A DNA stretch of 64,000 nt from an uncultured Kofleriaceae bacterium (GCA_964618145.1 CAZTZR010000007.1:2010-66009), one strand, 5' to 3'; positions 1-10,343 are shown, counted from the first letter of the stretch. Made by a program: numbers and translations. The notes: generated by a model from the letters alone, not told the origin.

Positions 1-374
1 ATGTGTGTCCATGTGGCCGGATTGTAGTTCAGGTGCCTTCCAAGAATGCGCCAGGCGCCAGGGGCGGTCCAGGTGTAGGCACGGCTCTTGATTTTCAAAT
101 CCACAATGCCCCCGGTTGCGGCAGGAGTCCGCACCGTAAGCCGGCTGTCTGAGGAAGAAAGGATTTCCCCCCGGTGACTGCCGAACCAGACCTCCGAGAT
201 GGTATCCAGCCGATCTCCGTCAATGGTCACGGTCTGTCCGCCGTCAATGGTGGACCAGTTGGGGAACCAGCCGGTTACCTCGAAGGCGGGGCCGCCCTTG
301 TCCGAAGAGCAGGAACCCAGAAAGACGATCAGGAACAACAGATGAAGGTTCTTGAAATGGATGTGGTGCGTCAT
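1..374 (-). CDS. Partial lipoprotein with an IPT/TIG-like beta-sandwich domain. The N-terminus is in the window and the C-terminus runs off the 5' edge.
   Basis: I translated the minus strand by hand from ATG at 374..372: MTHHIHFKNLHLLFLIVFLGSCSS... This is a signal peptide plus lipobox (LGSCSS). It is followed by a GGQTVTIDGDRL...VWFG motif typical of IPT/TIG domains. No stop occurs before position 1. This ORF is not in the supplied track because it is open-ended. Confidence 0.5.
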   Translation of the reverse strand, partial: MTHHIHFKNLHLLFLIVFLGSCSSDKGGPAFEVTGWFPNWSTIDGGQTVTIDGDRLDTISEVWFGSHRGEILSSSDSRLTVRTPAATGGIVDLKIKSRAYTWTAPGAWRILGRHLNYNPATWTH

Positions 375-635
375 GGTCCAGTATTATAGCCCAGGGTCAA
401 GCAAAATCCATCCGTCAATTGACCCATTCTCCAGGCAGGGCAATCGCATGATGAGTTTGTATTGATAATGATGGCCCGTCACCGGCACCGGAAACCGGAA
501 GGACACCGCAGAAGCAACGGGATCAGACTTTTGGGCCCTTGTCCCGGATAACAGAACAGATCACCGCTGCCAGATTATAATAGACCTTGTACCGGAAACC
601 GTTGCGGGGTATAGTTCATCGGATTTTATCGGGAT

Positions 636-1514
636 ATGTGGTTTTTCATTTTCCTCAGTACACTTTTTTCGCAGGTATCCATCGATTCGGTGGAACCGTC
701 TGACCAACTGGAACTGGCTGCCCAGGAAAGCCTGCAGGGTAATCACCAGCGGGTCATCGATATCCTGTCGCCCCTTATGTATCCCAACAGTCAGTTCGCC
801 ACGGAGGAGGAGGAAATCAAGGCGCTTCGCATGCTCGGCCTTTCCTACTGGTTCGTGGAGGACTACACCGAGGCCACCAAGGCGTTCACCATGCTCCTGA
901 ACCGTCGCCCGGATTTCAAACTGGATCCCGTTGTCGTGCCTGCCGGAGCCATCCTTTTTTTCAACCAGGTGAAATCCCGATTAAGGGAGAAACTGCAGGA
1001 AATCGTCCGTCTCCAGAAGGAAGAAGCAGAGCGCAAAAAACGTGAGAAGGAAGAGGCTGAACGCAAGCGGCAGGAAGCGTTGCGCAGGAACGCTCCCATC
1101 CTGCAGGAAACCACAGTCATCCACCGCAATTACATGCTGTTCAATTTCTTTCCCCTGGGAGTCGGCCAGTTCCAGAACGGGCATGACGCCAAGGGCTGGT
1201 TGCTGGTGGGTCTCCAGACGCTGGCGGCCACCGTCAGCGTCAGTTCCTATGCCTATTTGAACTACAAATATCCTCGGGGTCTTGTTCCCAAGTCAGAGGT
1301 GGTATCCGCCCGGCAGATCCAGTATCTGCAGGTGGGTACGGGTGCCGCTTTCTTCGGCCTCTGGATGGTGGGTGTGGTGGATGCACTTGTATTCCATAAG
1401 CCCACCCGTACCACCGTGGAACGCCGTTTCGTGCCCCGCAGGCAGGGGTTGGAAATCTACGGTGCGCCTCTGGAATCCGGGGGCTTTTTCATCGGCTTGC
1501 AGGGAGAATATTGA
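636..1514 (+). CDS. Membrane protein with a TPR-like/coiled-coil region (KEEAERKKREKEEAERKRQEA) and C-terminal TM helices. Function unknown.
   Basis: 292-aa ORF with a hydrophobic N-terminus, a charged coiled-coil and C-terminal hydrophobic segments. Its stop overlaps the start of the downstream sigma-54 activator (ATGA at 1511-1514), suggesting co-transcription. Confidence 0.5.
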   Translation: MWFFIFLSTLFSQVSIDSVEPSDQLELAAQESLQGNHQRVIDILSPLMYPNSQFATEEEEIKALRMLGLSYWFVEDYTEATKAFTMLLNRRPDFKLDPVVVPAGAILFFNQVKSRLREKLQEIVRLQKEEAERKKREKEEAERKRQEALRRNAPILQETTVIHRNYMLFNFFPLGVGQFQNGHDAKGWLLVGLQTLAATVSVSSYAYLNYKYPRGLVPKSEVVSARQIQYLQVGTGAAFFGLWMVGVVDALVFHKPTRTTVERRFVPRRQGLEIYGAPLESGGFFIGLQGEY

Positions 1515-3304
1515 TGCCCAATCTGCGTGTGAAGGTTCAGGGAAACGTCAAGATTTTTACGCTCTTCAAAAAACTTACCACCATTGGCCGGGACGAGGCC
1601 AATGACGTCGTGGTCCGGGACCCATTGGTGGATGCCGTGCACGCACACATCCTGCATGACGGCAAGAACCACCAGATCCTGGCTACCGAAGGACGCAATA
1701 CTTTTTTCGTAAACGGCCGACGCCGGAGCAAGCACAAACTGTCCGACGGGGATTTGCTGCGTTTCGGAGACGCCGAGATCCAGTTCCTCGAAAAGGAACC
1801 GGCGGCCGAAAACATCTCGACCCGTCATTCCCAGGGCGCGGGGGACTACCAGAAACTTTTCGAGGTGGCCCGCCGCATCCTCAATGAAACCGATCTGGCG
1901 GTGGTTCTGGAAAACCTCATGGACGTGGTGGTGGAAATCACCGGTGCCGACAAGGGCTTCCTGATTCTTGCCCAAAACGGGAAACTGGACATCAAGGTGG
2001 CCCGAAACGTGAACCGCGAGAACATCGCCCAGGCAGTGGATCAGGTTTCCGACAGCATCATCAGCCGGGTCGTGCGCAGCAAGAAGCCCCTGATTGTTTC
2101 GGATGCCCTGAACCACGAAGAGTTCTCCACCGCCCGGTCCGTGATGGATCTCAACCTGAACTCGGTGATGTGTGTCCCCCTTCTGGACCGGGGCAACCTT
2201 ATTGGACTGATTTACGTGGGAAACTCCAACATACGGGGATTGTTTGTACAGCAGACACTTGAAATCCTCACCGTTTTCTCCTCCCTGGCAAGCCTGGTGG
2301 TGCGCAACGCACTGATTCTCAATGAACTGGCCATGGACAACCGGCAGTTGCATGAAAGACTCGAAAGGGCGCACTTCGGTGAAATTGTCGGTTCCTGTTC
2401 TTCGATGCAGGAAGTCTACCGTACCATCGCCAAGATCGCCCCCACGGATGTCTCTGTTCTGATCACCGGCGAAACCGGCACCGGCAAGGAGTTGATCGCC
2501 CGGGAACTTCACCGGCGTTCCGCCCGGGCCAACGGTCCCTTTGTGGCCATCAACATGGGAGCCATCCCCGAAAGTCTGCTTGAAAGCGAACTGTTCGGTC
2601 ATGTCAAGGGTGCCTTTACGGGGGCCGTGGCAAGCCGGGAGGGCCGTTTTCAGGCTGCCGACGGAGGCACCCTGTTTCTTGACGAAATCGGGGATCTTCC
2701 CCTGACGCTGCAGGTGAAACTGCTGCGGGCCATCCAGGAGCGGACGGTCACCCGGGTGGGGGACTCGAAGCAGGAAAAGGTGGACATCCGCATTCTCGCT
2801 GCCACCCACAGCGACCTGACAAAGGATGTGGCCGAGGGCCGTTTCCGGGAGGATTTGTACTACCGCATCAACGTGGTGAACCTGCATCTTCCCCCGTTGC
2901 GCAAGCGCGGTGACGACATTCTGGTGATTGCAAAATACCTGTTGCAGAAGTTCCGTCAGGAATTCCAGTCCTCCGTGATTGATTTTGCACCGGATGCCGT
3001 GGAGGTGCTGCGCAAGTACCCGTGGCCCGGAAATGTCCGGGAAATGGAAAACCGGATCAAACGTGCCATAGTCCTGGCAGATCGTACGATGCTGTCGGCT
3101 GCGGATCTGGGTGTGGACGCGGGATCCTGGGTACCCATCCTGCCCCTGGCCCAGGCCCGGGAGGATTTCACCCGGCAGTACATCTTTCAGGTGCTTGAAA
3201 AGAACAACGGGAACCGGACTCAGGCAGCGCGGGATCTGGGAGTGGATCCCCGAACCATCTTCCGGTATCTGGAAAAAGATTCCGATGATGAAATTCCCTC
3301 CTGA
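1511..3304 (+). CDS. Sigma-54-dependent transcriptional activator with domain order FHA - GAF - AAA+ sigma-54 interaction domain - Fis-type HTH.
   Basis: The N-terminal FHA signature is TIGRDEANDVVVRD...HAHI...NGTFVNG-like. Walker A is GETGTGKELIARELH. The GAFTGA motif is HVKGAFTGA, with ESELFGH. The C-terminal HTH is RTQAARDLGVDPRTIFRYL. Confidence 0.9.
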   Translation: MMPNLRVKVQGNVKIFTLFKKLTTIGRDEANDVVVRDPLVDAVHAHILHDGKNHQILATEGRNTFFVNGRRRSKHKLSDGDLLRFGDAEIQFLEKEPAAENISTRHSQGAGDYQKLFEVARRILNETDLAVVLENLMDVVVEITGADKGFLILAQNGKLDIKVARNVNRENIAQAVDQVSDSIISRVVRSKKPLIVSDALNHEEFSTARSVMDLNLNSVMCVPLLDRGNLIGLIYVGNSNIRGLFVQQTLEILTVFSSLASLVVRNALILNELAMDNRQLHERLERAHFGEIVGSCSSMQEVYRTIAKIAPTDVSVLITGETGTGKELIARELHRRSARANGPFVAINMGAIPESLLESELFGHVKGAFTGAVASREGRFQAADGGTLFLDEIGDLPLTLQVKLLRAIQERTVTRVGDSKQEKVDIRILAATHSDLTKDVAEGRFREDLYYRINVVNLHLPPLRKRGDDILVIAKYLLQKFRQEFQSSVIDFAPDAVEVLRKYPWPGNVREMENRIKRAIVLADRTMLSAADLGVDAGSWVPILPLAQAREDFTRQYIFQVLEKNNGNRTQAARDLGVDPRTIFRYLEKDSDDEIPS

Positions 3305-3470
3305 ACCAGGCAGTTATCCACTGGACAGGTTTTCCGGTTCACCGGGACTGACGAAATTGTCGCGTTCGGGTGTCCGGTCAGGGCAGATTTTCCGGCCGGC
3401 GCCCGAAAATGGCGATGGCGGCTCCCTTGGTGTGGTTCTTGCATCCACCAGGCCCCGGAGGTTCTGGAGC

Positions 3471-4022
3471 ATGAGTTCCCTCTGGTTGACACTGACACTT
3501 CTTCTGGCCACATCCTGCGTGGTTCCGTTTCCGCTGGAAGAAGAGCCTACCCCCTCCAAAACCCCGCCCCGATTCCTGCGGGAGTACCTTTCCCCCCAGT
3601 TCAAGGTGAATGTGGAAATTGACAGCCTCTCGGATCTGGTGCTTCATTTCGTGGTGGAGGATCCGGATGTGTATGACGAAATCCGTTTCCGTGTATTTCG
3701 GGATTACGCCCTGGCACCGGATTCCCAGAAACTCAACACCATTGTGGCGTTCGGGGGCATTCCGGGGGCGGATCCCGGGGTGGAGCTCCAATTGGCGCCC
3801 AGGGTGCGCGAATATGATTTTCCCATTCAGAAAAAATTGTTCTGTTCCACCGAGCGGGGGGATGTTTCGGGTTCCCAGCATTATGTGGAAGTCGTGATTG
3901 CCGACGCGTTCAACGCCAGTTCCGAAGTACATCCGCAATGGCGTGCCACCCTTTCCCCTGCAGATGTTTGGGGATTTGTTGTTGTGTGTATCCAAGCGCA
4001 AAAAACGGCAGGTGAGCCATGA
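3471..4022 (+). CDS. Small lipoprotein, function unknown.
   Basis: The internal start MSSLWLTLTLLLATSCVV gives a signal peptide plus lipobox (LLATSC). The longer 3111 start would overlap the upstream regulator. The stop overlaps the next gene's start (4019-4022). Confidence 0.45.
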   Translation: MSSLWLTLTLLLATSCVVPFPLEEEPTPSKTPPRFLREYLSPQFKVNVEIDSLSDLVLHFVVEDPDVYDEIRFRVFRDYALAPDSQKLNTIVAFGGIPGADPGVELQLAPRVREYDFPIQKKLFCSTERGDVSGSQHYVEVVIADAFNASSEVHPQWRATLSPADVWGFVVVCIQAQKTAGEP

Positions 4023-5722
4023 AACCCCTTCGATTTCTTTTGATTTTTGTTTGTTTTGCGTCTTTTCTGGTTTCCTGTGCAGCCGATATGTATTCCAAAA
4101 CCGGACCGTACGGATGTCATGCCGACCATGATTGTGATCCAGGGCAGGCATGCGGGCCCCAGGGCATTTGCATGCTGGTGCGGGACCCCGTGGAACTTCC
4201 CCTGGGAATAGAAATATATGACCAGCGCACATCAAGCCCCCTGCAGGGACAACTGGTCATGGATCTGGGGCCGACCGAACTGGTTCCTGACGCCGAGGGC
4301 ATTGTCCGGATCACCGTGCCCGACCCCTTTACCATTGAGGGAAGAGTCCGTACCCAGAACAACGACTCCAATGCCCAGGCCCTGTTTCTGACCTACCGGT
4401 TGTCCCATATCCCCGGTCGCGGAGTAACCAGCAGTTCCCAGACACTCGGTGCGGTGCACGCCGGCGGAGTACCCTACAGCATGCGTCTGGTCCAGCCGGA
4501 CTTCTACGTCCTGCAGGTCATACCACAACCGGCCACCCAACTGGCGCCCCTTGTTTCCTTTGCCTACTTCAGCGGAAACACCCAGGTGGATTTTACCCTT
4601 GGCGTGGAGAACTTCGAAGTCATCGGCCGGCTGGTGGATGCCCAGGGGAATCCTGTGACCCATGCCACGGTATGGATTTTCGATTTTGAAACCGGTGCAT
4701 CCTCCACGGTTGCCCAAAGTTCGTCCGAGCCAGGCCATGAAGGGGAATTCCGGGTGTATTTCACCAATGAACCTTTGAGCCTGAGCATCTTCACCGGGCC
4801 CGGAAACACCGGAATTGTAATGCCCTCTGTGCTTTTTGAAGTCAGCACTTCGCAAGTCGAGGAATGGAAACAGGTGCATGGCCACGGTTCCTATCATACC
4901 GGGGATCTGGAGTTTCCGGCATTGGCTCCTCCCATCACCTTCGGGACCAACGTGTTCGGATTCTCCGGTTCCGGCAGTCGGGAAGTGGTTTCCGGCGCAC
5001 GGGTGACCTTCCAGTCCGTGGTGGGGGGAGGCACCCGGAACAACGGCGTGATCATCGCCGAGGGCACCACCAACGAGGAAGGCAACGTGACGGTTTCCCT
5101 GGTTCCAGGCGAGTTCGAAACCGGCCGGCTGTATGAGGTCACCATCACCACACCACTGGATTCACCGTTCGCAAGCACCAAGAAAACCCTGGAAGTGGGA
5201 CCCGTCAGCGGATATGGCGAGAGTGTCGAACTGGAACGGCGCATCACGGCCATTGGTCAGGTGCTGGCGCCGGAAACGGGAGCCCCGCTGTCCCAGGTCA
5301 TGATCAAGGCATCCCCCTCCACCAACAGCACGGGTCTTCCCATTGCGGAAATGATCGATGCGGCCTACCAGCCTTCCACCCAGACGGACTCCTCGGGTTG
5401 GTTCTCCATGCTCCTTGACCCCGGGTATTACGATTTTTCCCTGATTTTTCCGGATCGGCTCAAATATCCCAACACCACCATCCATGACCAGATTGTGGCC
5501 CAGTTGCAGGACACGGTGCCGTTCCTCTTCAAACCTCCCACGCCCTCCCTGGTGAAATTCGTTCTTCAGGATGGCAACGGAGTTCCGCTGCAAAATCTGG
5601 AAGTGCGTGCTTTTCTGGTGGCTCCGGAATGTCCCCTGGCGGGAGAATGCACCATTCCCGCGCAGCACCTGTATTCCTCCCGGACCGACACGGAGGGAAA
5701 AGCCTCCATCATTGTTCCGTAG
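4019..5722 (+). CDS. Exported lipoprotein (567 aa), Gly/Thr/Val-rich with beta-sandwich-like repeats. Function unknown.
   Basis: The N-terminus MKPLRFLLIFVCFASFLVSCAAD is a lipoprotein signal. It is followed by a Cys-rich segment (CHADHDCDPGQACGPQGIC) and then repetitive beta-rich sequence. Confidence 0.6.
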   Translation: MKPLRFLLIFVCFASFLVSCAADMYSKTGPYGCHADHDCDPGQACGPQGICMLVRDPVELPLGIEIYDQRTSSPLQGQLVMDLGPTELVPDAEGIVRITVPDPFTIEGRVRTQNNDSNAQALFLTYRLSHIPGRGVTSSSQTLGAVHAGGVPYSMRLVQPDFYVLQVIPQPATQLAPLVSFAYFSGNTQVDFTLGVENFEVIGRLVDAQGNPVTHATVWIFDFETGASSTVAQSSSEPGHEGEFRVYFTNEPLSLSIFTGPGNTGIVMPSVLFEVSTSQVEEWKQVHGHGSYHTGDLEFPALAPPITFGTNVFGFSGSGSREVVSGARVTFQSVVGGGTRNNGVIIAEGTTNEEGNVTVSLVPGEFETGRLYEVTITTPLDSPFASTKKTLEVGPVSGYGESVELERRITAIGQVLAPETGAPLSQVMIKASPSTNSTGLPIAEMIDAAYQPSTQTDSSGWFSMLLDPGYYDFSLIFPDRLKYPNTTIHDQIVAQLQDTVPFLFKPPTPSLVKFVLQDGNGVPLQNLEVRAFLVAPECPLAGECTIPAQHLYSSRTDTEGKASIIVP

Positions 5723-5879
5723 TCAGCGGATTCCGTTGGATAAATGATTCCATTGGATAAATAAAGATTCATAAATTGATGAAATAAATCCGGAAGGGAC
5801 TTGCCTTTGTCACCCCCCATGGTTAGGATGCAAAACCGGTATTGTTGTTCCCGTTTCCAATTCTGGAACGGTTCGCCTT
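5723..5879. promoter_or_regulatory. AT-rich intergenic island with a tandem direct repeat and a TTCAT-N6-ATGAA palindrome, upstream of the OMP gene.
   Basis: GATTCCGTTGGATAAAT (5729-5745) is followed immediately by GATTCCATTGGATAAAT (5746-5762). TTCATAAATTGATGAA lies at 5768-5783. This is strongly AT-rich in an otherwise ~60% GC context. Confidence 0.35.
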
Positions 5880-6422
5880 GTGATGAAAAGGAGTATCATC
5901 ATGCGCATCAAGACTTTTCTTCCTGTTCTGGCAGTATTCACCCTGACGTTCGGGTTGTTTTCCATGGCCTGGACGCAAAAGGCCGAAGCCCAGGTGGGGC
6001 AGGGCAACAATTTCGGACTGGGCATCGCCCTGGGATCTCCGAGTGGATTGACCGGGAAATATTACCTCAATGACAAGAATGCCATCCAGGGAACCGTCGG
6101 ACTGGGTTTTGTGGATGGTAACCATTTCAATGTCACGGTGGACTACCTGTACCATTTCAACCTGATGGGGCAATCGGCGTTCAAACTGGACGCTTATGCC
6201 GGTTTTGGCGCCTACCTCTGGAAGTGGTTTGACAATGACAACTCAAATGATAACGCCGACAAGAAAATGATTGGTATTGGCGCCCGGATTCCCCTGGGGC
6301 TGGCATTTGTGTTTGCCAAACTACCCATTGACATCTATCTTGAGGTCGCCCCCAGCCTGACCGTGGTGGGTCGCACCGGTTTTGGCGTCAGTGGCGCGCT
6401 GGGCTTCCGTTATTACTTCTGA
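5880..6422 (+). CDS. Small outer-membrane beta-barrel protein (OmpA/OmpW-like porin family).
   Basis: Signal peptide (KTFLPVLAVFTLTFGLFSMAWTQKAEA). Alternating hydrophobic beta-strand pattern with Gly/aromatic-rich segments. C-terminal ...GFRYYF ending in Phe, typical of OMPs. Confidence 0.65.
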   Translation: MMKRSIIMRIKTFLPVLAVFTLTFGLFSMAWTQKAEAQVGQGNNFGLGIALGSPSGLTGKYYLNDKNAIQGTVGLGFVDGNHFNVTVDYLYHFNLMGQSAFKLDAYAGFGAYLWKWFDNDNSNDNADKKMIGIGARIPLGLAFVFAKLPIDIYLEVAPSLTVVGRTGFGVSGALGFRYYF

Positions 6423-6441
6423 TTTTTTGATTTTTCCAATC

Positions 6442-7116
6442 CTACCGGGGCATGTGGAAGGGGACCGGATTCTGGCGGATCCGGGAGACGGCACCGAGTC
6501 CCTGTCCGACAAGTTCCATGTCAAACCGGCCGTCCTGCATTTTCACCAGTGACCACATGAGAGCCTGACGGTGGTGCCAGAAATTGATGATGTCTCCGTC
6601 GGCGTTGATTCCCCGCACATGCAGGGTTCCGGGGAACTGCCCCGCAGGGGTGCGCATGTCCACGTTGCCGACAGTACGGGGAGTCATCATGGGCTTCTGG
6701 TGCAACACGGGAAGGAGTTCATCGGATTTTGTCAAGGGCATTTCCATGGGCTGCATGTTGCCGATCTGCATGATCATGCGGCGGATTTCCCCGGGATTTC
6801 CGGGAGTGCCTTCCAGATACAACTTCAGGATCATGGCCCTTCCAAGCCCGGCCAGACTGATTTCCATCCAACTGAACCGCCCGCCGCCTTCACGCCCCAC
6901 AAAGGCGATTTTCATTCGGTAGCTCTTTTTTTCCTGCCGGTCGGTCACGGCATATTCCACCCAGGTTCCCAACTGGACGTCCTTGTCGGGAGTGGTTTTC
7001 ATGAAATCCATTTGTACGGACGATGGACTGTGGGAGGGCAGTGGACCCCGGGAAAAGGACGCCGCCGGGAAGCAAATCATGATGAAAATTGTCAGGCATG
7101 AAAGAACCAACCGCAT
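6442..7116 (-). CDS. Secreted hypothetical protein (225 aa).
   Basis: Internal start MRLVLSCLTIFIMICFPAASFS (ATG at 7116..7114) gives a clean signal peptide. The longer ORF to 7401 has a W/P-rich non-protein-like N-terminus. It lies directly downstream of the 788-aa lipoprotein on the same strand. Confidence 0.45.
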   Translation of the reverse strand: MRLVLSCLTIFIMICFPAASFSRGPLPSHSPSSVQMDFMKTTPDKDVQLGTWVEYAVTDRQEKKSYRMKIAFVGREGGGRFSWMEISLAGLGRAMILKLYLEGTPGNPGEIRRMIMQIGNMQPMEMPLTKSDELLPVLHQKPMMTPRTVGNVDMRTPAGQFPGTLHVRGINADGDIINFWHHRQALMWSLVKMQDGRFDMELVGQGLGAVSRIRQNPVPFHMPR

Positions 7117-7177
7117 GGTCCGGCATCCTAGCATAGTTCGGCTCCCTGGCAAATCCTGTTGAATGGTTTTTGGCGGT

Positions 7178-9543
7178 TCACGGTGCTGCCAGTGCAGCCA
7201 CGAGGAATTCCCAGTGGGAGTGCATCCGGGCGTGGGCCATGGCGGCCTGCAGGGCCAGCCGGTCCATGGGCAGGTTCTTTCGTGCCGGGGGAGGATGCAG
7301 TTCATCCAGGAGATCCAGAAGAAGTTCCAGCCGGATGCCCTCATGGGTCGAAAAGCCCAAAACCACGGCGTCCAGGCAGTCCTGTTCCCGTTGTCCCGCA
7401 ATACACCCGAACCAGGGAATTTCCGGAGCGGTGGGAAGTGCCATGCGCAATTGACTCACCAGGTGTCCGGGGTGATCGGCGGGAAGGCGGTTCCGTACTG
7501 CATGGGCCAGGAGGAACAAGGGATTTTGGGTGGTTTCCACGAGTTGTCCGAAGGGAACCAACTGCGGGCGGAAAGCAGCCACCCGGGCAAGAATGCGACC
7601 GGCCCGCAGGGGATCCCCCTTGCGGGCCCCGTCCAGCATCCGGGTCAGTTGCCCACGGGACAACTCCACGAATCCCGCACGGAAAAAGAAGTCCGCCAGT
7701 ACCGCATGCAGGGTGAACCTGAGATCCGGTCGACCTGCTTCTTTAGGGTGGGCAAAGGCCTGGTGCCATGCAGCAAAACTGCGCATGGCCCGGGCGGCGT
7801 CATGCCGGTATCCGGCTTGCAGGAACACTTCGGCTACCCGGGCATGCCACGCGCCGGGCTCGGATGCCGACCGGGAGCCGTCCTCCACCATGGCCCAGGC
7901 CCTGTCTGGCTGGTTTTTCCGCAAAAAGAGCCGGGCGGCAGCCAGATGGTGTTCGGGGGAGTCCGGATGCAGGAAGGGAACCAGTTCGGCTGCGGTTTCC
8001 ACATGGGAATGATCCACATGCCGGTCGAAAATGGCATTCCACACCAGGGCGGATGCCGGTTCCCGGAGAAGACGGGCCAGATCCGAGAAAAAGTCCGTCA
8101 GTTCCAAAGGCGTGACGGAAGGTGTTTCTTTGGTTGGTCCCGCAGTTTTGGGGCGGGTGCAGGAAACCGTGTCCAGCCCGTCCCAGATCCGGGCCATTTC
8201 CTGACGCCCGATCAATCGTTCCCATGCGTGTACCAGAGGACCACCCTCCGGATGGCAGGCGCGATAATTCTGCAGGGCAAAGGTGGCCCTGTCCTGCAAG
8301 GAGGATTTTTTGCCGGAATCCAAAAGAAGGATGGCTGGCCAGTGTCCGCGCCACCACAGTTCCTGTTCCACGGTACCGGGATCGGTTCTGGCCTGTTCCA
8401 GAATCAGGTGCCATTCATTTTCCACCTGGAAGCGTTGCATCATCCGTAACCGGAACAGAGCCTGTGACCGTTCATCAGGGGTCCGGGCAAATCCCAGTGC
8501 CCACTGGAAATGGCGCAAAGCCGCATCCGGATCTCCCAGGGAGAGTGCCAGTGTGCCGGCCTCCATGCGTTCTGAAAACGACATGTCCGGCAGTTTTTCC
8601 TGCAAAAAGGCTGAGACATCCGGTGTTTTTCCCGTCAGGTGCAATCGCCAGGCTTCCGTCAGGGTTTGAGGGAAGGGCTTTTCCAGAAATGTTCCATCGC
8701 TGCAGAGCACTCCGAGGGCCAGATGGGAACCGGCGGGACCGGGAAGCGATTCAGTCAACTCCCGCAGGCGGGCGGCGGAAAAACGGGCTCCTGTTCGGGT
8801 GCACAGACTGATCAGATCAGAATGGTCTGCCGTATCGGCCACCAGACGCAGCACCTCGGGAAAGTGGGGTCCCAGGGAGGCGGCCGCCTGCAGCAGTTGC
8901 TTCCGGTCGCAGGTTTTCTGGACGGCCGGCCAAAGTTTTTCCACGGCCAACTCGGAGTGGGTTGCCACGGCCACGGGCAAAACGTCCAGCCATGCGGCGC
9001 AATCCAGGGTTTCAGGTTGTTTGCCGGAAGCCAGATGGAAGGCCAGGCGGGAGCGGAACCCGGAAATGTCTCCTTGTAGTGTGCGGATCCATTCGGCGGC
9101 CTTTCCGGGAGGGAGTTTTTGCAGGACGGATCCGGCAACAGGAAACTTGGTGATTTCCCCCCATTGACGGCGCCTGAGTTTTTCCCTTTCGGAACAAGGT
9201 TTGATGCGGGGGGGATTTCGAACGGCGCTGGCGGCGAAAACGAGTCCCATTGTATCGAGACGCCTTGCCAGGCGACGGGAACGAACCGGATCCGATGGCA
9301 GCCTTGGATGTGCTGTCAGGGTGAAAAGGGCACCTTCCATGGCCTGTCGCATTTCCATGGGCAGGAGGGCGTTCCCGGAGGCTTCCCCGGGGTTGACGTT
9401 ATCCGGCAAAGAGGCGAATATGCGCATGCCCGCCTGCCAGCGGGCGCGGGCTCCCGTGGGTACGGTGTTGTCCGCCGGGCGGTGGGGGGAACATCCTGTC
9501 ACCGTCAGACAGAGGGTTATCAGGAAGTAAAGAATATGTCGCA
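7178..9543 (-). CDS. Large alpha-helical lipoprotein (788 aa). Function unknown.
   Basis: Start chosen at MRHILYFLITLCLTVTGCSP (ATG 9543..9541; lipobox LTVTGC). The 1059-aa track ORF extends over the convergent NUDIX gene, so that extension was rejected. The body is Ala/Leu/Arg-rich helical repeats. Confidence 0.55.
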
Positions 9544-9607
9544 TGTGCACGTCCGGTGAAACTGGAAAACGACCGTCCAAGACGGAATACCATATTTCGG
9601 GAAGGAA

Positions 9608-10168
9608 ATGAAGATGACACCCTGCCGCCCCTGGATTGACACCGATGAGGAAACCGTTCTCTCCAATCCGTTTGTCCGCATCACCCGCACCCACAGCCTG
9701 CGACCGGAGGATGGCAGGCAGGCCCGGTTCTATCGGCTGCACTTTCCCGACTGGGCCAACGTGTTTGCCATCACGCCCGAAAACGAAGTGGTTTTCGTGC
9801 GCCAGTTTCGACAGGGGATTTCCGGTTTCACACTGGAGCTGCCCGGGGGCGTGATGGACCCCGGGGAAGACCCGCTGGAAGGGGCCCGCCGTGAATTGCG
9901 TGAGGAAACCGGCTTTACCTCCGATGAGTGGATCCAACTGGAACCCATACACCCCAACCCCGCCATCCAGGACAACCGCTGTTACACCTTTATCGCGAAA
10001 AACGCCCGTCGTACCCAACCCACTGAATTCGACACCGACGAAGAACTGGAGGTGGTGCCCATTCCCCTGCACGAAATCCGTGAACGGACCCTGCGGGGAC
10101 AGGTGACCAATGCCATCATCGTCGCGGCCATCGCCCGGGTTCTGTTCCTGCTCGAACCGGCCGGTTGA
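9608..10168 (+). CDS. NUDIX hydrolase.
   Basis: NUDIX box GGVMDPGEDPLEGARRELREETG (GX5EX7REUXEEXGU). Confidence 0.85.
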   Translation: MKMTPCRPWIDTDEETVLSNPFVRITRTHSLRPEDGRQARFYRLHFPDWANVFAITPENEVVFVRQFRQGISGFTLELPGGVMDPGEDPLEGARRELREETGFTSDEWIQLEPIHPNPAIQDNRCYTFIAKNARRTQPTEFDTDEELEVVPIPLHEIRERTLRGQVTNAIIVAAIARVLFLLEPAG

Positions 10169-10343
10169 GCCGGAGAGTGTCACCGGTTTTTTGTTCATCC
10201 CGCCTGATTCGGGCTCTGTCGAATATCCCAAATGCCAGCTTGTATCAGACAGGGGACTTGTATATATACGGGGCCCGGGCACCCGGAAAATCCCCCCACC
10301 TACCCCTGACCCCTGGCGCTGATGGCGCCGGAAAGGATGAAAC

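Noticed and set aside
174-389. 71-aa plus ORF at the window start
   Set aside because: It lies antisense to a hand-translated, stop-free lipoprotein ORF (1..374, minus) that has a lipobox and an IPT-like motif.
1457-2887. 476-aa minus-strand ORF antisense to the sigma-54 activator gene
   Set aside because: His/Gly/Val-rich low-complexity translation typical of antisense reading of high-GC coding DNA. The sense-strand product has unambiguous FHA/GAF/AAA+ motifs.
6571-7101. 176-aa plus ORF antisense to the 225-aa secreted protein gene
   Set aside because: His/Gly-rich. The minus-strand alternative has a clean signal peptide and sits in an operon with the upstream lipoprotein.
7163-8449. 428-aa plus-strand ORF (and several 100-230 aa ORFs) inside or antisense to the 788-aa lipoprotein gene
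   Set aside because: Gly/Pro/His-rich antisense artefacts with no signal or motif. They overlap a better-supported minus-strand gene.
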